In this document: in pieces, positions 1 to 9,601 of the stretch
Layout of the letters: the number at the start of each line of letters is the position of its first letter
How positions within the stretch are numbered: the stretch's first letter is position 1
Source: an uncultured virus (IMG/VR IMGVR_UViG_3300031992_000075)
Lineage: Duplodnaviria; Heunggongvirae; Uroviricota; Caudoviricetes
Length of the DNA stretch: 64,000 nucleotides
IMG/VR virus record: IMGVR_UViG_3300031992_000075
Reading direction: 5' to 3' (one strand)
Notes under the pieces: generated by a model
Databases searched by the model: none
The model's input: the letters and a program-made list of their open reading frames with translations, nothing else
What the model was told of the DNA's origin: nothing
Program-made: the position numbers and the translations under genes

Positions 1-1
1 A

Positions 2-130
2 AAAGAGGAAGAAAACGCAAATGAAATCACAACCACTGATGAGGTTGCAACCACCGAACAAGAACAGGTGGAGCAAGAGAACGATAAGAACAATGAAGTT
101 AACGAAACAATAGAAATAGAGGAGGAATAA
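2..130 (+). CDS. 3' end of a gene truncated by the window edge (acidic C-terminus)
   Basis: Open frame KEEENANEIT...IEIEEE* ending TAA at 128-130, 3 nt before the next ATG. Confidence 0.6.
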   Translation, partial: KEEENANEITTTDEVATTEQEQVEQENDKNNEVNETIEIEEE

Positions 131-133
131 AAA

Positions 134-1309
134 ATGAGTAGCGTATCAAACAGATTTTATGTAGAAACCATTGATGATGGCTCTACCCTACACGGACAAC
201 TTCTTTCCACCAAAGCTTTAACACAAGCATGGACTGGTACGGCGGCTGTTCCCGATTGGACGCAAGATTCCAATAGGCCAACCATTTATGTTGACCTGCT
301 AAGTGGTTCAACCAAGGTCACACCAGACACAGGTGGAAAGTGGTATTATAATAATGTCGAAATAGAATGGGCTGATAGTAGCGCAACGGCTGTTTCAACT
401 GATGGCCGATTCCAAAAGGTTGCCAACTACCCGACACAAGCCAACCCGACCGCTGCAATCAAGATTATTACCAACCTTGCATCTGGCACCAATGTTAATA
501 TTGATTCTATCACCTATTCTGGCACTTACACATTGGGTGGTTCGGCTATTGGCTTTAGTGCAACAACGCTTGTCCGTATTACTAGCATTTCATCTGCTGG
601 CATCTTTGGTTTTATTGAATTTGTTGGTAGCAATGTCATTACCGAGGATGGCCAAAAAATAACGATGTATGCTAGGCTTTTCGGTGCTGATGGTGATGAA
701 ATTCCTGCAACGGCAACTGGAAGTCCATTTTCAACAACATGGAAAATGAACAACACAAGCTTGGGGAATGGTGGTGATGTTGTTATTGGTGGCGCAACGT
801 ATCATAATGCCATGCAGGTTGCAGAGGATGCGTCACTTGGAGCATTAAAACAAGTCATTGACAATTCTGTAATAGAATGTGACTTTGCCTACACAACAAG
901 TGTTGATGGAACAAGCACAACATTGACGTACACCACGTTTGAGAACGTTGATGACCAAACGGATTTGGAACAAATGTACATTCAATACAATGGTGGCAAT
1001 GACACGTCTGCGACATTGAAACGTGGTAGTGCTCCTATGACATGGAATATTTGGATGGGTGCGCAGGATGACCCAACGGTTGATACTACTTGGACGCAGT
1101 TCTTTGTTAAGTTGTTAAATGCTGATGGAAACGTTGTTACAGACATAATATCTGGCATTCCACAAGTTATCACAGAACAAGGCGACCCACACCAAGGATG
1201 GAGGCAACTTCCTTGGGATGGTAGCGCGGCACATATTACAGTTACCTATGACATTGTAAATGTTACTTTCAAGAAATATCTCACTGCAATCGTATTGGCT
1301 GAAAAGTAG
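134..1309 (+). CDS. virion/tail structural protein (Ig-like beta-rich)
   Basis: 391 aa, Thr/Gly/Asp-rich, beta-strand pattern, co-oriented with fibre genes. Confidence 0.55.
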   Translation: MSSVSNRFYVETIDDGSTLHGQLLSTKALTQAWTGTAAVPDWTQDSNRPTIYVDLLSGSTKVTPDTGGKWYYNNVEIEWADSSATAVSTDGRFQKVANYPTQANPTAAIKIITNLASGTNVNIDSITYSGTYTLGGSAIGFSATTLVRITSISSAGIFGFIEFVGSNVITEDGQKITMYARLFGADGDEIPATATGSPFSTTWKMNNTSLGNGGDVVIGGATYHNAMQVAEDASLGALKQVIDNSVIECDFAYTTSVDGTSTTLTYTTFENVDDQTDLEQMYIQYNGGNDTSATLKRGSAPMTWNIWMGAQDDPTVDTTWTQFFVKLLNADGNVVTDIISGIPQVITEQGDPHQGWRQLPWDGSAAHITVTYDIVNVTFKKYLTAIVLAEK

Positions 1310-1333
1310 TCACACATTAAAAGTAGCTTTCTT

Positions 1334-4300
1334 ATGCACGAAAGAAAAACAATATCTTATAGCTTTACGGTAAGCACAATTGAGGATGGAATTAGCGTAC
1401 AGGCGCAATATGCGCCTAACGCTAACCCCACCACTGAACAGATACACAATGTTTGGGTGGATGGCGACCTATATATGCGTACCAAAGAAAGTGATTCTAG
1501 CACATGGTCGGCATGGCATAGAATAGTCGGGGAAAGCGGAGATGAAACAGATTTTAGTTTTGGAATAAGTTCATACAAGACAACTGGTAATCCAAACATT
1601 CCACCTTCCGATATTTCTTCATGGGCTGATGCCCCAATCGAGGTTACTACATCAAAACCTTACCTTTGGGCGCGTGTGCAGAAAAAAGTTGCCAATGGTT
1701 CGTCTTATGTTGTTGAAAGCACATCATACATTAGGCTGACTGGTGAGGATGGTTATACGGTAGAGGCACAATATGCACCAAATGACGACCCCGAGGAAAG
1801 CCAAATACACACAACATGGATGGATGGTGATTTGTATATGCGCACCAAGCAATCAAACGAATCAACATGGTCTAATTGGCACTTGATTGTTGGTGAGAAG
1901 GGTGGTGAAACCGACTACACGTTTAACATTTCCAAATCACTTACATCTGCGAGTTCTACCACCCCACCTGCCAATTGTTACTATCCACAATGGCAAGATG
2001 CGCCCAAGGCAACAACCGATGCTTATCCTTATCTATGGACTAAGATAGTCAAGAGAACATGGAATAGTGCCACGCAATCTTATGACGATGGAACACCAAG
2101 CTATGTTCGCATGACGGGAGAAATGGGTGCTAGCCCATATATTGCCGATTTAGACAACCAAATGGATAGCATCATGTGTGATAGCAATGGAAAGGTTTAT
2201 GTAGGCCAATCCATTACTACAACAATAAGCATGTTTAGTGGTTTTAGTGTAGAGCCTTTTGTGGTTGATTCTATCAAGCGCAATGGAACGACAATGATAT
2301 GGGATGGTAACAATGATGGTGTATGGCCACGTTGGGATAGTTCAACAAAAATCCTTACAATTGAATACGACACAAATGCAAGCATAGATGACAAAGACGA
2401 TTTTGAAATAACGCTTCATTCGGCCAATGTCACAACTATTTCTCGGTCTGTACATTTGATAGTAAACGGAATACGCTCCAATGCCGTATATCGACTTATA
2501 CCAAGTGTTTCGCAAGTTGTAAAGAAAAAGGATGGTTCATACACGCCAAGTACCTATATTACATGTATTGTTCAAAAGGTAGAGAATGGAAATCCAAGCA
2601 CGCCACTTCCTAGTGAATACACACTAGAGAAATCTCTTAATGGTGATGCCTATATTCCATATTCCGTCACTCAACCAAGCCAAATAACAACTGACCTTAA
2701 ATTTAGGCTGAAAATTGATGGCTCTATTGTTGACATTGAAACGATTCCTTTGGTGCAAGATGGTAGCAAGGGTGACAATGCGATAGAATACGCAATTGTG
2801 TTCACAAACGCATGGGCAAGAGTTGACAATGATGGAATTATCACGGCACGGATGGCTGGCCATGCTTACATCATCAATGGAACGTCTAGAACACCACTTG
2901 CCAATGCCACAATACGTTACGGATATATCCTTAATGATGCAGACACATACACCACAACAACCACAAACGCAAGTGGATTCTTCGATACCGAAACATGGTT
3001 TGATGGTGATGAAATAAGCACCTATGCCAAAAATTCGGGGAACATCTTTGCCGCAATTGTGATTGGTGGAACAAATGTCGTGTGTGTTGAATATGTGACA
3101 ATAGCAAAGCAGGGAGAAAACGGAACAAGCATTGTCGGGCCGCGTGGAAAGGTTGGTCGATTCTTCTATTATGCTGGCATTTTTGATGCTAGTGACACCG
3201 TTACAACATTTGTCGTAAATGATGCCCAATCGCCTTATTTCTTCTATGACAACAAATACTGGGTTTATAATCCAGAAAACAATCCAGCAGGTGGCATATC
3301 AACAATGTTTGCGATGGGTACACCATCATCCGAAAGTGCAAGCTGGAAGATAATGACTTCGGATTTTAAGTACATTATTACCGAGGCAATATTTGGCAGC
3401 TATGCGCATTTTGGTGGTGCTATCATCAATGGCGATTATTTGATGTCACAATATGGCTATATGTTGGGTTTCTGCAACACAAAAACACCCATCAATGACA
3501 ACACGCAATACCAAAATGTTGATGTGGATGATATTTTGGGTGAGGATGATATGTATGACCCAACGAAGCTAATATGGAATGATTCTAACCAAAGGGAAAT
3601 AACAAGCACAGCATACACCACGATTATAAGTGCTTCATTCGTACAGAACAGGTATTATACGTTGGAAATAGACGAAAACACGGAGGTCAGTGGCAATGAA
3701 TTGTTGTGGACTATTGTTTCGCAAAGTGGAACGGAAATTGCTAGTGGCACAATAATATCTACGGAAACTGGAACAAACAAGAATTGCATAAACTTTAAGA
3801 GTACCGTTTCGACAACTTGTTATCTTCGTGTAAAAATTGCCAACCGAAATGACAATGTTGTTATTAGTGGTTTCTATTTGAGGTTTTCAAAGTTCATTCC
3901 TTACCTTGCTATGGATTTGTTGGCAGGAAAGTTTGTGGCTAACAATATTATTGCCCGTGGTGAATTGCATGCTGATAGCCTTTATCACACAATGGTGTAT
4001 GGATATCACAATGAAGATAGGTTTACGATAAATGATGAATCCATTATCAATCTTGGAACTACGGCAGTTGATACAACGGTTATATTACCATCACCATTAG
4101 CATGTAAGGGCAGGGTGGTTGAATTATTTAACCATTCTACAAGATTCTACACCACATGGGTAGGTGCTGAGACTACATCGGCATTTAGTGCTGCCTATGG
4201 CTCTGGCTTTGGTATTCGTGTTATTGACCCAATATCCTACAAATACATCAAGTTCTATTGCGATGGAACAAACTGGTGGATATTAAAAGCAGAAGTATAA
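1334..4300 (+). CDS. tail fibre/spike-like protein with N-terminal tandem repeat
   Basis: 988 aa; two ~123-aa repeats (AQYAPN..DGDLYMRTK..TWS.WH.IVGE..YLW..Y.R.TGE); short G-X-X-G linkers; C-terminal YCDGTNWWI motif typical of fibre tips. Confidence 0.7.
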   Translation: MHERKTISYSFTVSTIEDGISVQAQYAPNANPTTEQIHNVWVDGDLYMRTKESDSSTWSAWHRIVGESGDETDFSFGISSYKTTGNPNIPPSDISSWADAPIEVTTSKPYLWARVQKKVANGSSYVVESTSYIRLTGEDGYTVEAQYAPNDDPEESQIHTTWMDGDLYMRTKQSNESTWSNWHLIVGEKGGETDYTFNISKSLTSASSTTPPANCYYPQWQDAPKATTDAYPYLWTKIVKRTWNSATQSYDDGTPSYVRMTGEMGASPYIADLDNQMDSIMCDSNGKVYVGQSITTTISMFSGFSVEPFVVDSIKRNGTTMIWDGNNDGVWPRWDSSTKILTIEYDTNASIDDKDDFEITLHSANVTTISRSVHLIVNGIRSNAVYRLIPSVSQVVKKKDGSYTPSTYITCIVQKVENGNPSTPLPSEYTLEKSLNGDAYIPYSVTQPSQITTDLKFRLKIDGSIVDIETIPLVQDGSKGDNAIEYAIVFTNAWARVDNDGIITARMAGHAYIINGTSRTPLANATIRYGYILNDADTYTTTTTNASGFFDTETWFDGDEISTYAKNSGNIFAAIVIGGTNVVCVEYVTIAKQGENGTSIVGPRGKVGRFFYYAGIFDASDTVTTFVVNDAQSPYFFYDNKYWVYNPENNPAGGISTMFAMGTPSSESASWKIMTSDFKYIITEAIFGSYAHFGGAIINGDYLMSQYGYMLGFCNTKTPINDNTQYQNVDVDDILGEDDMYDPTKLIWNDSNQREITSTAYTTIISASFVQNRYYTLEIDENTEVSGNELLWTIVSQSGTEIASGTIISTETGTNKNCINFKSTVSTTCYLRVKIANRNDNVVISGFYLRFSKFIPYLAMDLLAGKFVANNIIARGELHADSLYHTMVYGYHNEDRFTINDESIINLGTTAVDTTVILPSPLACKGRVVELFNHSTRFYTTWVGAETTSAFSAAYGSGFGIRVIDPISYKYIKFYCDGTNWWILKAEV

Positions 4301-4321
4301 ACCACAAAAAAAAGAAAGACT

Positions 4322-4750
4322 ATGAAAATTGTGTACAACAACATCATTCCATTCAAGGGCTATCTTGCTATGTGCATATACCCTTTCTTGTTTGTAAGGA
4401 AAGATGCACCTAAAATCAACAAAGTAGACATCAATCACGAAAAGATTCATGGCTACCAACAAGGGGAAACAACATTTCTGTTCCTTGTATTGGCAATTTT
4501 AGGCATCGTGACAAGCGTTTTTCCGTGGTGGTGTATATTTATACCATTCGTGTGTTTTTATGCTTTCTACGGCCTTGAATATGTGATTAGACTTTTTGCC
4601 TATGGCTTTAACATGAAAGAAGCATATAGGAATATTTCTTACGAACAAGAAGCATACGCAAACGAAAAGAACCTAGCATACCTTTCAAATGAAAGGAAAG
4701 TGTTTGCTAATTTTAAGTTTTTGTTTAAGAAAACATATAAATCTTGTTAA
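4322..4750 (+). CDS. membrane protein with HExxH motif
   Basis: 142 aa; NHEKIH, two hydrophobic segments, YRNISYEQEAY. Confidence 0.6.
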   Translation: MKIVYNNIIPFKGYLAMCIYPFLFVRKDAPKINKVDINHEKIHGYQQGETTFLFLVLAILGIVTSVFPWWCIFIPFVCFYAFYGLEYVIRLFAYGFNMKEAYRNISYEQEAYANEKNLAYLSNERKVFANFKFLFKKTYKSC

Positions 4751-4755
4751 TTTGC

Positions 4756-4786
4756 TTTGTGTATTTCAAATTTTGTTATATCTTTG
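4756..4786 (+). promoter_or_regulatory. Bacteroidota sigma-A type promoter
   Basis: TTTG (4756-4759), 19 bp, TATCTTTG (4779-4786), upstream of the fibre gene at 4831. Confidence 0.7.
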
Positions 4787-4830
4787 CAAAAAAATTAAAA
4801 CAGAATATTAACTAAAAAAATTAAAGGTTT

Positions 4831-6216
4831 ATGGCAACATTTAAAGATTTATTGAAGAAATGGTTTTACCAACAAGGCACGCAGGCTGCGACTTCCACCT
4901 CCCGCATTCCAATCCTTGATGCCAATGGCAATCCGACGGGGTGCGATACTGTGACAAAAATATCTTCAATTTTGGGAAGTTATATTTTTAAAGGTACGCG
5001 TTCCAATGTAAGTCTTGACACTTTATTAGACGAAGGTGCATACTATTGCAACTTACCTACAGGTCTACAACAAGGAATGTATGATTATGGTGTTCTGTTG
5101 ACAAGAAAGGACGGGAACAACAGAGAATTAATATCGCAGTTTTATTATGACACTTATGGAGGCGCGTTTTGGCGAATGAGCGTTGATAGTGGTTCAACTT
5201 GGCGTTTTCCATGGAGACGTCTTGATAATGCAAATGACAACGCGTTTCTTGGTATTGCCTACGGCACCTGCTCAACCACAGGCACGACAACGGCCAAGAC
5301 AGTGACCATTTCCAACTTTATCTTGCTTACGAACAGCATGGTCAGCATTCAGTTTACCAATGCCGTGCCCGCAGGTGCTACGCTGAACGTCTCTTCCACG
5401 GGTGCAAAGCCCATCTGGTATCACGGTGCTGCCATACAGGACGGAGAGATTCTTGCTGGCACGCAGGCCGTGCTACAATATGACGGCACGCGCTGGAATG
5501 TCGTATCCAAGGAAGAAGGCCGCAAGGGTGGCTATGGGCAGGACTGGGTGGACATGGGTCTGCCAAGTGGTGTGCTGTGGGCAAAGAAGAACATTGACAT
5601 CACGCAGCCCAACCATTTCGCCGCATCGGAATATCAGTATGAATGCTCGTTTGCAAGCTGGGGCAACACCTTTATGCACAACCCATCCTCGTCTTCCGCC
5701 TTTGCCTACAACTGGGGTGGTGCGAACGAAAGTGAACCCTACTACCAGAACCAACCATACGGCTCTACTCCAGGCAACAGCATACAGACAAACCTCTCCC
5801 GTGGCAACGACGTGGCGCGCGTTCAGCTGGGTGCTCCGTGGCGCTTACCGTCATCGGCTGAGTTCAAGGAGCTGTTCGACAACAGCACGCTTGTGGATGA
5901 GAACGGCGCTGCCGTCACCACTTCCACACCATCCGTGGACTCCAATGCACGTGGAGAGAATGACAAGCGCGTAAAGGTGAACAATATCGTAGGGCTGCGG
6001 TTGAAGAGCAACATTAACGGTAACGTCGTGTTCTTCCCTGCTTCTGGCATCGGCAATGGCTCGTCTTGGAACAGTCGCGGCGCGAGTGGCTACTTATGGT
6101 CATCGTCGTTCTCTTCGGCCCGCATCGCCCAGGGCTTGAGCTTCCGCGCTGGAGGGGTCTACCAGCAGGACGCCAGCTATCGGTACTACGGCTTTTCTAT
6201 CCGTCCCGTCATGTAA
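4831..6216 (+). CDS. receptor-binding/tail fibre protein with C-terminal C-type-lectin-fold domain (DGR target type)
   Basis: N-terminal knob-like domain, central AYGTCST..AKTV..TLNV..GAKPI..YDGT.W fibre domain, C-terminal WVDMGLPSGVLWA..NI, WRLPS..EF.EL, FFPASG..YLWSS..R.YGFSIRPV. Confidence 0.85.
   Translation: MATFKDLLKKWFYQQGTQAATSTSRIPILDANGNPTGCDTVTKISSILGSYIFKGTRSNVSLDTLLDEGAYYCNLPTGLQQGMYDYGVLLTRKDGNNRELISQFYYDTYGGAFWRMSVDSGSTWRFPWRRLDNANDNAFLGIAYGTCSTTGTTTAKTVTISNFILLTNSMVSIQFTNAVPAGATLNVSSTGAKPIWYHGAAIQDGEILAGTQAVLQYDGTRWNVVSKEEGRKGGYGQDWVDMGLPSGVLWAKKNIDITQPNHFAASEYQYECSFASWGNTFMHNPSSSSAFAYNWGGANESEPYYQNQPYGSTPGNSIQTNLSRGNDVARVQLGAPWRLPSSAEFKELFDNSTLVDENGAAVTTSTPSVDSNARGENDKRVKVNNIVGLRLKSNINGNVVFFPASGIGNGSSWNSRGASGYLWSSSFSSARIAQGLSFRAGGVYQQDASYRYYGFSIRPVM
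6031..6216 (+). other. DGR-type variable region (VR)
   Basis: Positions that are Asn (AAY) in typical templates of this family hold diverse NNY codons (ATC, AGT, TAC, TCT, GGC, AGC, CGC, GAC GCC AGC TAT); ends GFSIRPV. Confidence 0.7.
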
Positions 6217-6313
6217 ACCCTAACCCATCATGCTGAACAAAGGAACAACGAACATCGGGACAGTGGTCATCACCACTACTATGTAAAAGAAAACTGTTAG
6301 AATAATTAATAGC

Positions 6314-6350
6314 TAATCCTTAATCATTTAGGTGGTTAAGGATTATTTTT
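6314..6350 (+). terminator. rho-independent terminator
   Basis: TAATCCTTAATCA-loop-TGGTTAAGGATTA followed by a T-run. Confidence 0.65.
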
Positions 6351-6465
6351 ATGCAAAAAATTTTAGACAAAAGGATTTTTGCTTTATAACTTTGTGATTA
6401 TTAGCAAGTTATAAAGTCACTATGGACTTAAAAAAGTACACCATTGCCATGTAATGTTTTGTACC

Positions 6466-6473
6466 TAAATTTG
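6466..6473 (+). promoter_or_regulatory. promoter -7 element
   Basis: TAAATTTG(CA) matching TAnnTTTG, ~65 nt before ATG 6537. Confidence 0.55.
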
Positions 6474-6536
6474 CACCTGTAATCGGTTACAAGTGAGAAT
6501 AGTTAACAAATTTAGTAAACAAAACAAACAAAACAC

Positions 6537-7511
6537 ATGGCAGAAATTTATCAACTTCCAGAGAATGGGAATAGCAACAATGCCACTATTCCTTTCTCAA
6601 TTCCCATCGGCTTCGGTGGCTTCGGAAACAACGGCATGTTTGGAAATGGTAATGGCTTCAACTCAATAGCCGACCTGTTTGGCCTTGCTATTATTGCATC
6701 CATGTTCGGATGGGGTAATGGTGGCTTTGGAGGGTTCGGTGGCTTTGGTGGCAATGGTGGTGCTGGATTTATCAGCAATCAGCTGAATAATGACAGTGGC
6801 CGTGAATTGCTTATGAATGCTATCACGAACCAAGGCGAGGCTTCGCGCACCGCTATCCAAACACTTAGCACAATGCTCGGTCAAGACTTCAATCTCGTAA
6901 ATGCAGGCATTCAGTCAGCACAAAACACGCTGAACCAGATTTCCAACACACTTGGAATGTCTACCTTGCAGATGATTAACGCAGTACAGGCAGGTGATGC
7001 TAATATAACAAGCACCATCCAAAAGTGCTGCTGCGACCAATCGCTTGCGCTTTGCCAGCAAACCAACGCATTGCAGAGCGCAATCAATGGTGTTGGCAAC
7101 CAAGTACAAGCAAAGGCAGCTGCCGACCAACTGGCTATGTGTCAGCAGACCTACAATCTTACTGACACCATGAACCGCAATTTCCTTGCGCTTGACAACA
7201 AGATTGACGCTTTGGAGTCGAACCGTAAAGACCGCGAGATTACCACGCTGACTGCACAGGTTGCAAAGCTGGAGTCGCAGAACTTTACCGCAGGCATCGT
7301 ACAGCAAGCCGTAGCACCGCTTAACGCATCGCTTAATGCTCTTGCCCGCGAGGTGGATGACATTAAGTGCAATATGCCTCAGACCGTGCCCGTCCAGTGG
7401 CCTCAACTTACCGCAGTAAACACAACTCCGTATGTTAGTGGTGGTTTCTATGGACAGCCTTGGGGCGGTTTCTACGGCAATGGCTTTGGTGGCAACAACA
7501 TCGTATTCTAA
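6537..7511 (+). CDS. Gly-rich hydrophobic N-terminus + long coiled-coil protein with CCC motif (function unknown)
   Basis: 324 aa; GFGG repeats, hydrophobic LFGLAIIASMFGWG, Q/N-rich heptads, KCCCD, aromatic/Gly C-tail. Confidence 0.85.
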   Translation: MAEIYQLPENGNSNNATIPFSIPIGFGGFGNNGMFGNGNGFNSIADLFGLAIIASMFGWGNGGFGGFGGFGGNGGAGFISNQLNNDSGRELLMNAITNQGEASRTAIQTLSTMLGQDFNLVNAGIQSAQNTLNQISNTLGMSTLQMINAVQAGDANITSTIQKCCCDQSLALCQQTNALQSAINGVGNQVQAKAAADQLAMCQQTYNLTDTMNRNFLALDNKIDALESNRKDREITTLTAQVAKLESQNFTAGIVQQAVAPLNASLNALAREVDDIKCNMPQTVPVQWPQLTAVNTTPYVSGGFYGQPWGGFYGNGFGGNNIVF

Positions 7512-7537
7512 CAATTAAGGCATAGGAGGTTAAAAGT

Positions 7538-7879
7538 ATGAATTGTAATTGTAACTGCAATATAACAATTAATGCGGGTGGTCAGCCTTATATTGCGAAC
7601 ACTCATGTTGTTGTAGGAACGGAAAGTGTTAACATTGCTCTTGGGTGGAGAAACATCAAGCCGATAGGCTATTTCACCGTTCGGATGGAAAATGCCATCC
7701 CTTCGGATGCCACCACAACACTGCCAATCAACTTGACATTGAACGGTGTTACAAGGGCACTCACCCTTCCAAACGGCACACCAGTAACTGTCGCCGACTT
7801 ACTTGCGACCAATGTATTCCAAGTGTTCAACGATAGGTACAATGGTATTCTTGCACTTATGTCAAGAACCATAGTATAA
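7538..7879 (+). CDS. hypothetical beta-rich protein
   Basis: 113 aa, starts MNCNCNCN; GGAGG upstream. Confidence 0.75.
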   Translation: MNCNCNCNITINAGGQPYIANTHVVVGTESVNIALGWRNIKPIGYFTVRMENAIPSDATTTLPINLTLNGVTRALTLPNGTPVTVADLLATNVFQVFNDRYNGILALMSRTIV

Positions 7880-7910
7880 ACTTAGTGATTAACAACAAAA
7901 GTAATTAACA

Positions 7911-8453
7911 ATGGATTTTTCAAACTTAGGAACTGGTAATCCTTTCTATGTGTTAAGGAAAGGTGAGAAGCCTCTTTTGGAGGTTGGTGTCGTAAAGTCT
8001 AAGTCACAGCCAAGGGCACAATATCCGACACAAACACCAAACATTGGTGTTGGTATGCAAATACAACAAGTGTTAGATGTTGTTGCCACAATCAATGGCA
8101 AGGATGAAACATTTTCAAACCTGCCCATTGGTGTTGAAATTGCATCACGCGGAAATGATACCTTTAGTGGTAGTCGTGAGGCAATGTTGCAGGCCGTGGA
8201 TGCTATGTTGCAAACGTCAAAGAAAGCAATAGAGCAGATACCTTATCACAAGAGCGTTATTTCGGAAACTGAAAAAATGCTTGAAGTGCTAAACCCTCAA
8301 TATGCAGAAAACAAGCAGAATGCAAGGGTTATCCAAACGCTGAAAGACAAGCAAGCTGCGCAAGAACAACAACTTGCGGAACTGAAAGCACAAAACACCG
8401 AAATGCTTAATATCCTTCGTCAGCTTAATGGTGGAAGTGGTGCTAGTTCCTAA
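7911..8453 (+). CDS. hypothetical protein with C-terminal coiled coil
   Basis: 180 aa; Q/E/L heptads at the C-terminus. Confidence 0.8.
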   Translation: MDFSNLGTGNPFYVLRKGEKPLLEVGVVKSKSQPRAQYPTQTPNIGVGMQIQQVLDVVATINGKDETFSNLPIGVEIASRGNDTFSGSREAMLQAVDAMLQTSKKAIEQIPYHKSVISETEKMLEVLNPQYAENKQNARVIQTLKDKQAAQEQQLAELKAQNTEMLNILRQLNGGSGASS

Positions 8454-8488
8454 GTGTTGAAATGTTCGATTAAAATCAAAGAATAATT

Positions 8489-8716
8489 ATGGCTGGATGG
8501 ATTTTTGTAGACAAAGAAAAGGATGGTGGCGAAATGCGTCAGCAAATGCGCCGTTCGATGCGTGGTGGCTACCGTTATGACGGTTACTCCCCGATGATGC
8601 ACGAGGACAAGTGGGAACAGGGCTACCGCATGGGTTACAAGCATGGCTATGAGGATTCCGAGGATGATAGCATGGAAATGCGTCGTGCAAGGGATAGTCG
8701 TGGACGTTATGTGTAA
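8489..8716 (+). CDS. small low-complexity protein (GY/M/R-rich)
   Basis: 75 aa; EQGYRMGYKHGYED, ends RRARDSRGRYV. Confidence 0.75.
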   Translation: MAGWIFVDKEKDGGEMRQQMRRSMRGGYRYDGYSPMMHEDKWEQGYRMGYKHGYEDSEDDSMEMRRARDSRGRYV

Positions 8717-8803
8717 ATGAAAGGGGATTGGGGATTGCGTTAAGTTTTCCCCAATTCCTTAACTTAAAAAAATAACAAGTTAAGAAAGAAAGGAAAATTT
8801 AAC

Positions 8804-9202
8804 ATGAAACATTATATAAGTGAAGGCCGTGCAATGTATGAGGATGAAAACCACGGCTTATTTTCAAAGAGACTTGCAGAGTGGGCTATCAACAAAATGG
8901 AAACCGAAGACCCTGCAACTGGTGTGACAAAGAAGATTACACCAAGAAAGTTGGATGATGTCAAAGAGGTATTAAAAGAAAACAAGATTGCATACCCAGA
9001 TGAGTTCTGTTATACTGCTTGGTATCTTTTCAACATGGCTATCGCCGACTATCCAAAGCTTTGCAAGACTGACGAACAGCGTGCCATTTTTGTTGATGAA
9101 ACTTTGTGTGACCCAGATGGTATGCCCGAAAATGTGTTGGATTGCTTTGTGACCAAGATGTGCAATGCAGGTGTACCTATATATTGGGAGGAGTTCTTAT
9201 GA
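8804..9202 (+). CDS. hypothetical protein
   Basis: 132 aa; H.FSKRLAEWAI, F....L.DPDG, IYWEE motifs; ATGA overlap with next gene. Confidence 0.8.
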   Translation: MKHYISEGRAMYEDENHGLFSKRLAEWAINKMETEDPATGVTKKITPRKLDDVKEVLKENKIAYPDEFCYTAWYLFNMAIADYPKLCKTDEQRAIFVDETLCDPDGMPENVLDCFVTKMCNAGVPIYWEEFL

Positions 9203-9588
9203 AACAGTCATACCTAAAATTCCCTCAAAATGAATGGGGCGTGGTAGTGGTCACGGATTTTGATGTTGACTATGACCATGATGTTATGGTTGAGCAGATG
9301 CGAAGTTTTGGCCTTTCAATAAGGAATGCCGAAAAAGCACTTCGCATATTGGCAAACTATAATACTGGCATGGCTATCAGCAATGAAACACTAAAGATGT
9401 CGGTTATATATGTTAGTGACACAACAAATGAAAGCCAATTTTGGGATACTTGCGCCCATGAACTTGCCCATGTATGTGCAGCTATTATAGATGCCTATGA
9501 TGTTAACTATCGTTCCGAGGATGCTGCCTACCTTTCGGGTTTCTTGATGCGCCAACTGGTAGAGGAAATTGGAGAACCTTGTCTTTAA
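9199..9588 (+). CDS. putative HExxH zinc metallopeptidase-like protein
   Basis: Start MKQSY at the ATGA overlap; AHELAH..E.AAYL.G motif. Confidence 0.65.
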   Translation: MKQSYLKFPQNEWGVVVVTDFDVDYDHDVMVEQMRSFGLSIRNAEKALRILANYNTGMAISNETLKMSVIYVSDTTNESQFWDTCAHELAHVCAAIIDAYDVNYRSEDAAYLSGFLMRQLVEEIGEPCL

Positions 9589-9601
9589 TAAATAAAAAAT
9601 T

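Noticed and set aside
2624..3229. Long antisense/alternate-frame ORFs (2624-3229, 5402-5974, 6915-7514, 16991-17536, 42455-43003, 57327-57872)
   Set aside because: Shadows of well-supported genes, with no motifs or start context.
6217..6536. DGR template repeat downstream of the target
   Set aside because: No similarity to the VR and no AAC-rich copy here or, by eye, elsewhere in the window.
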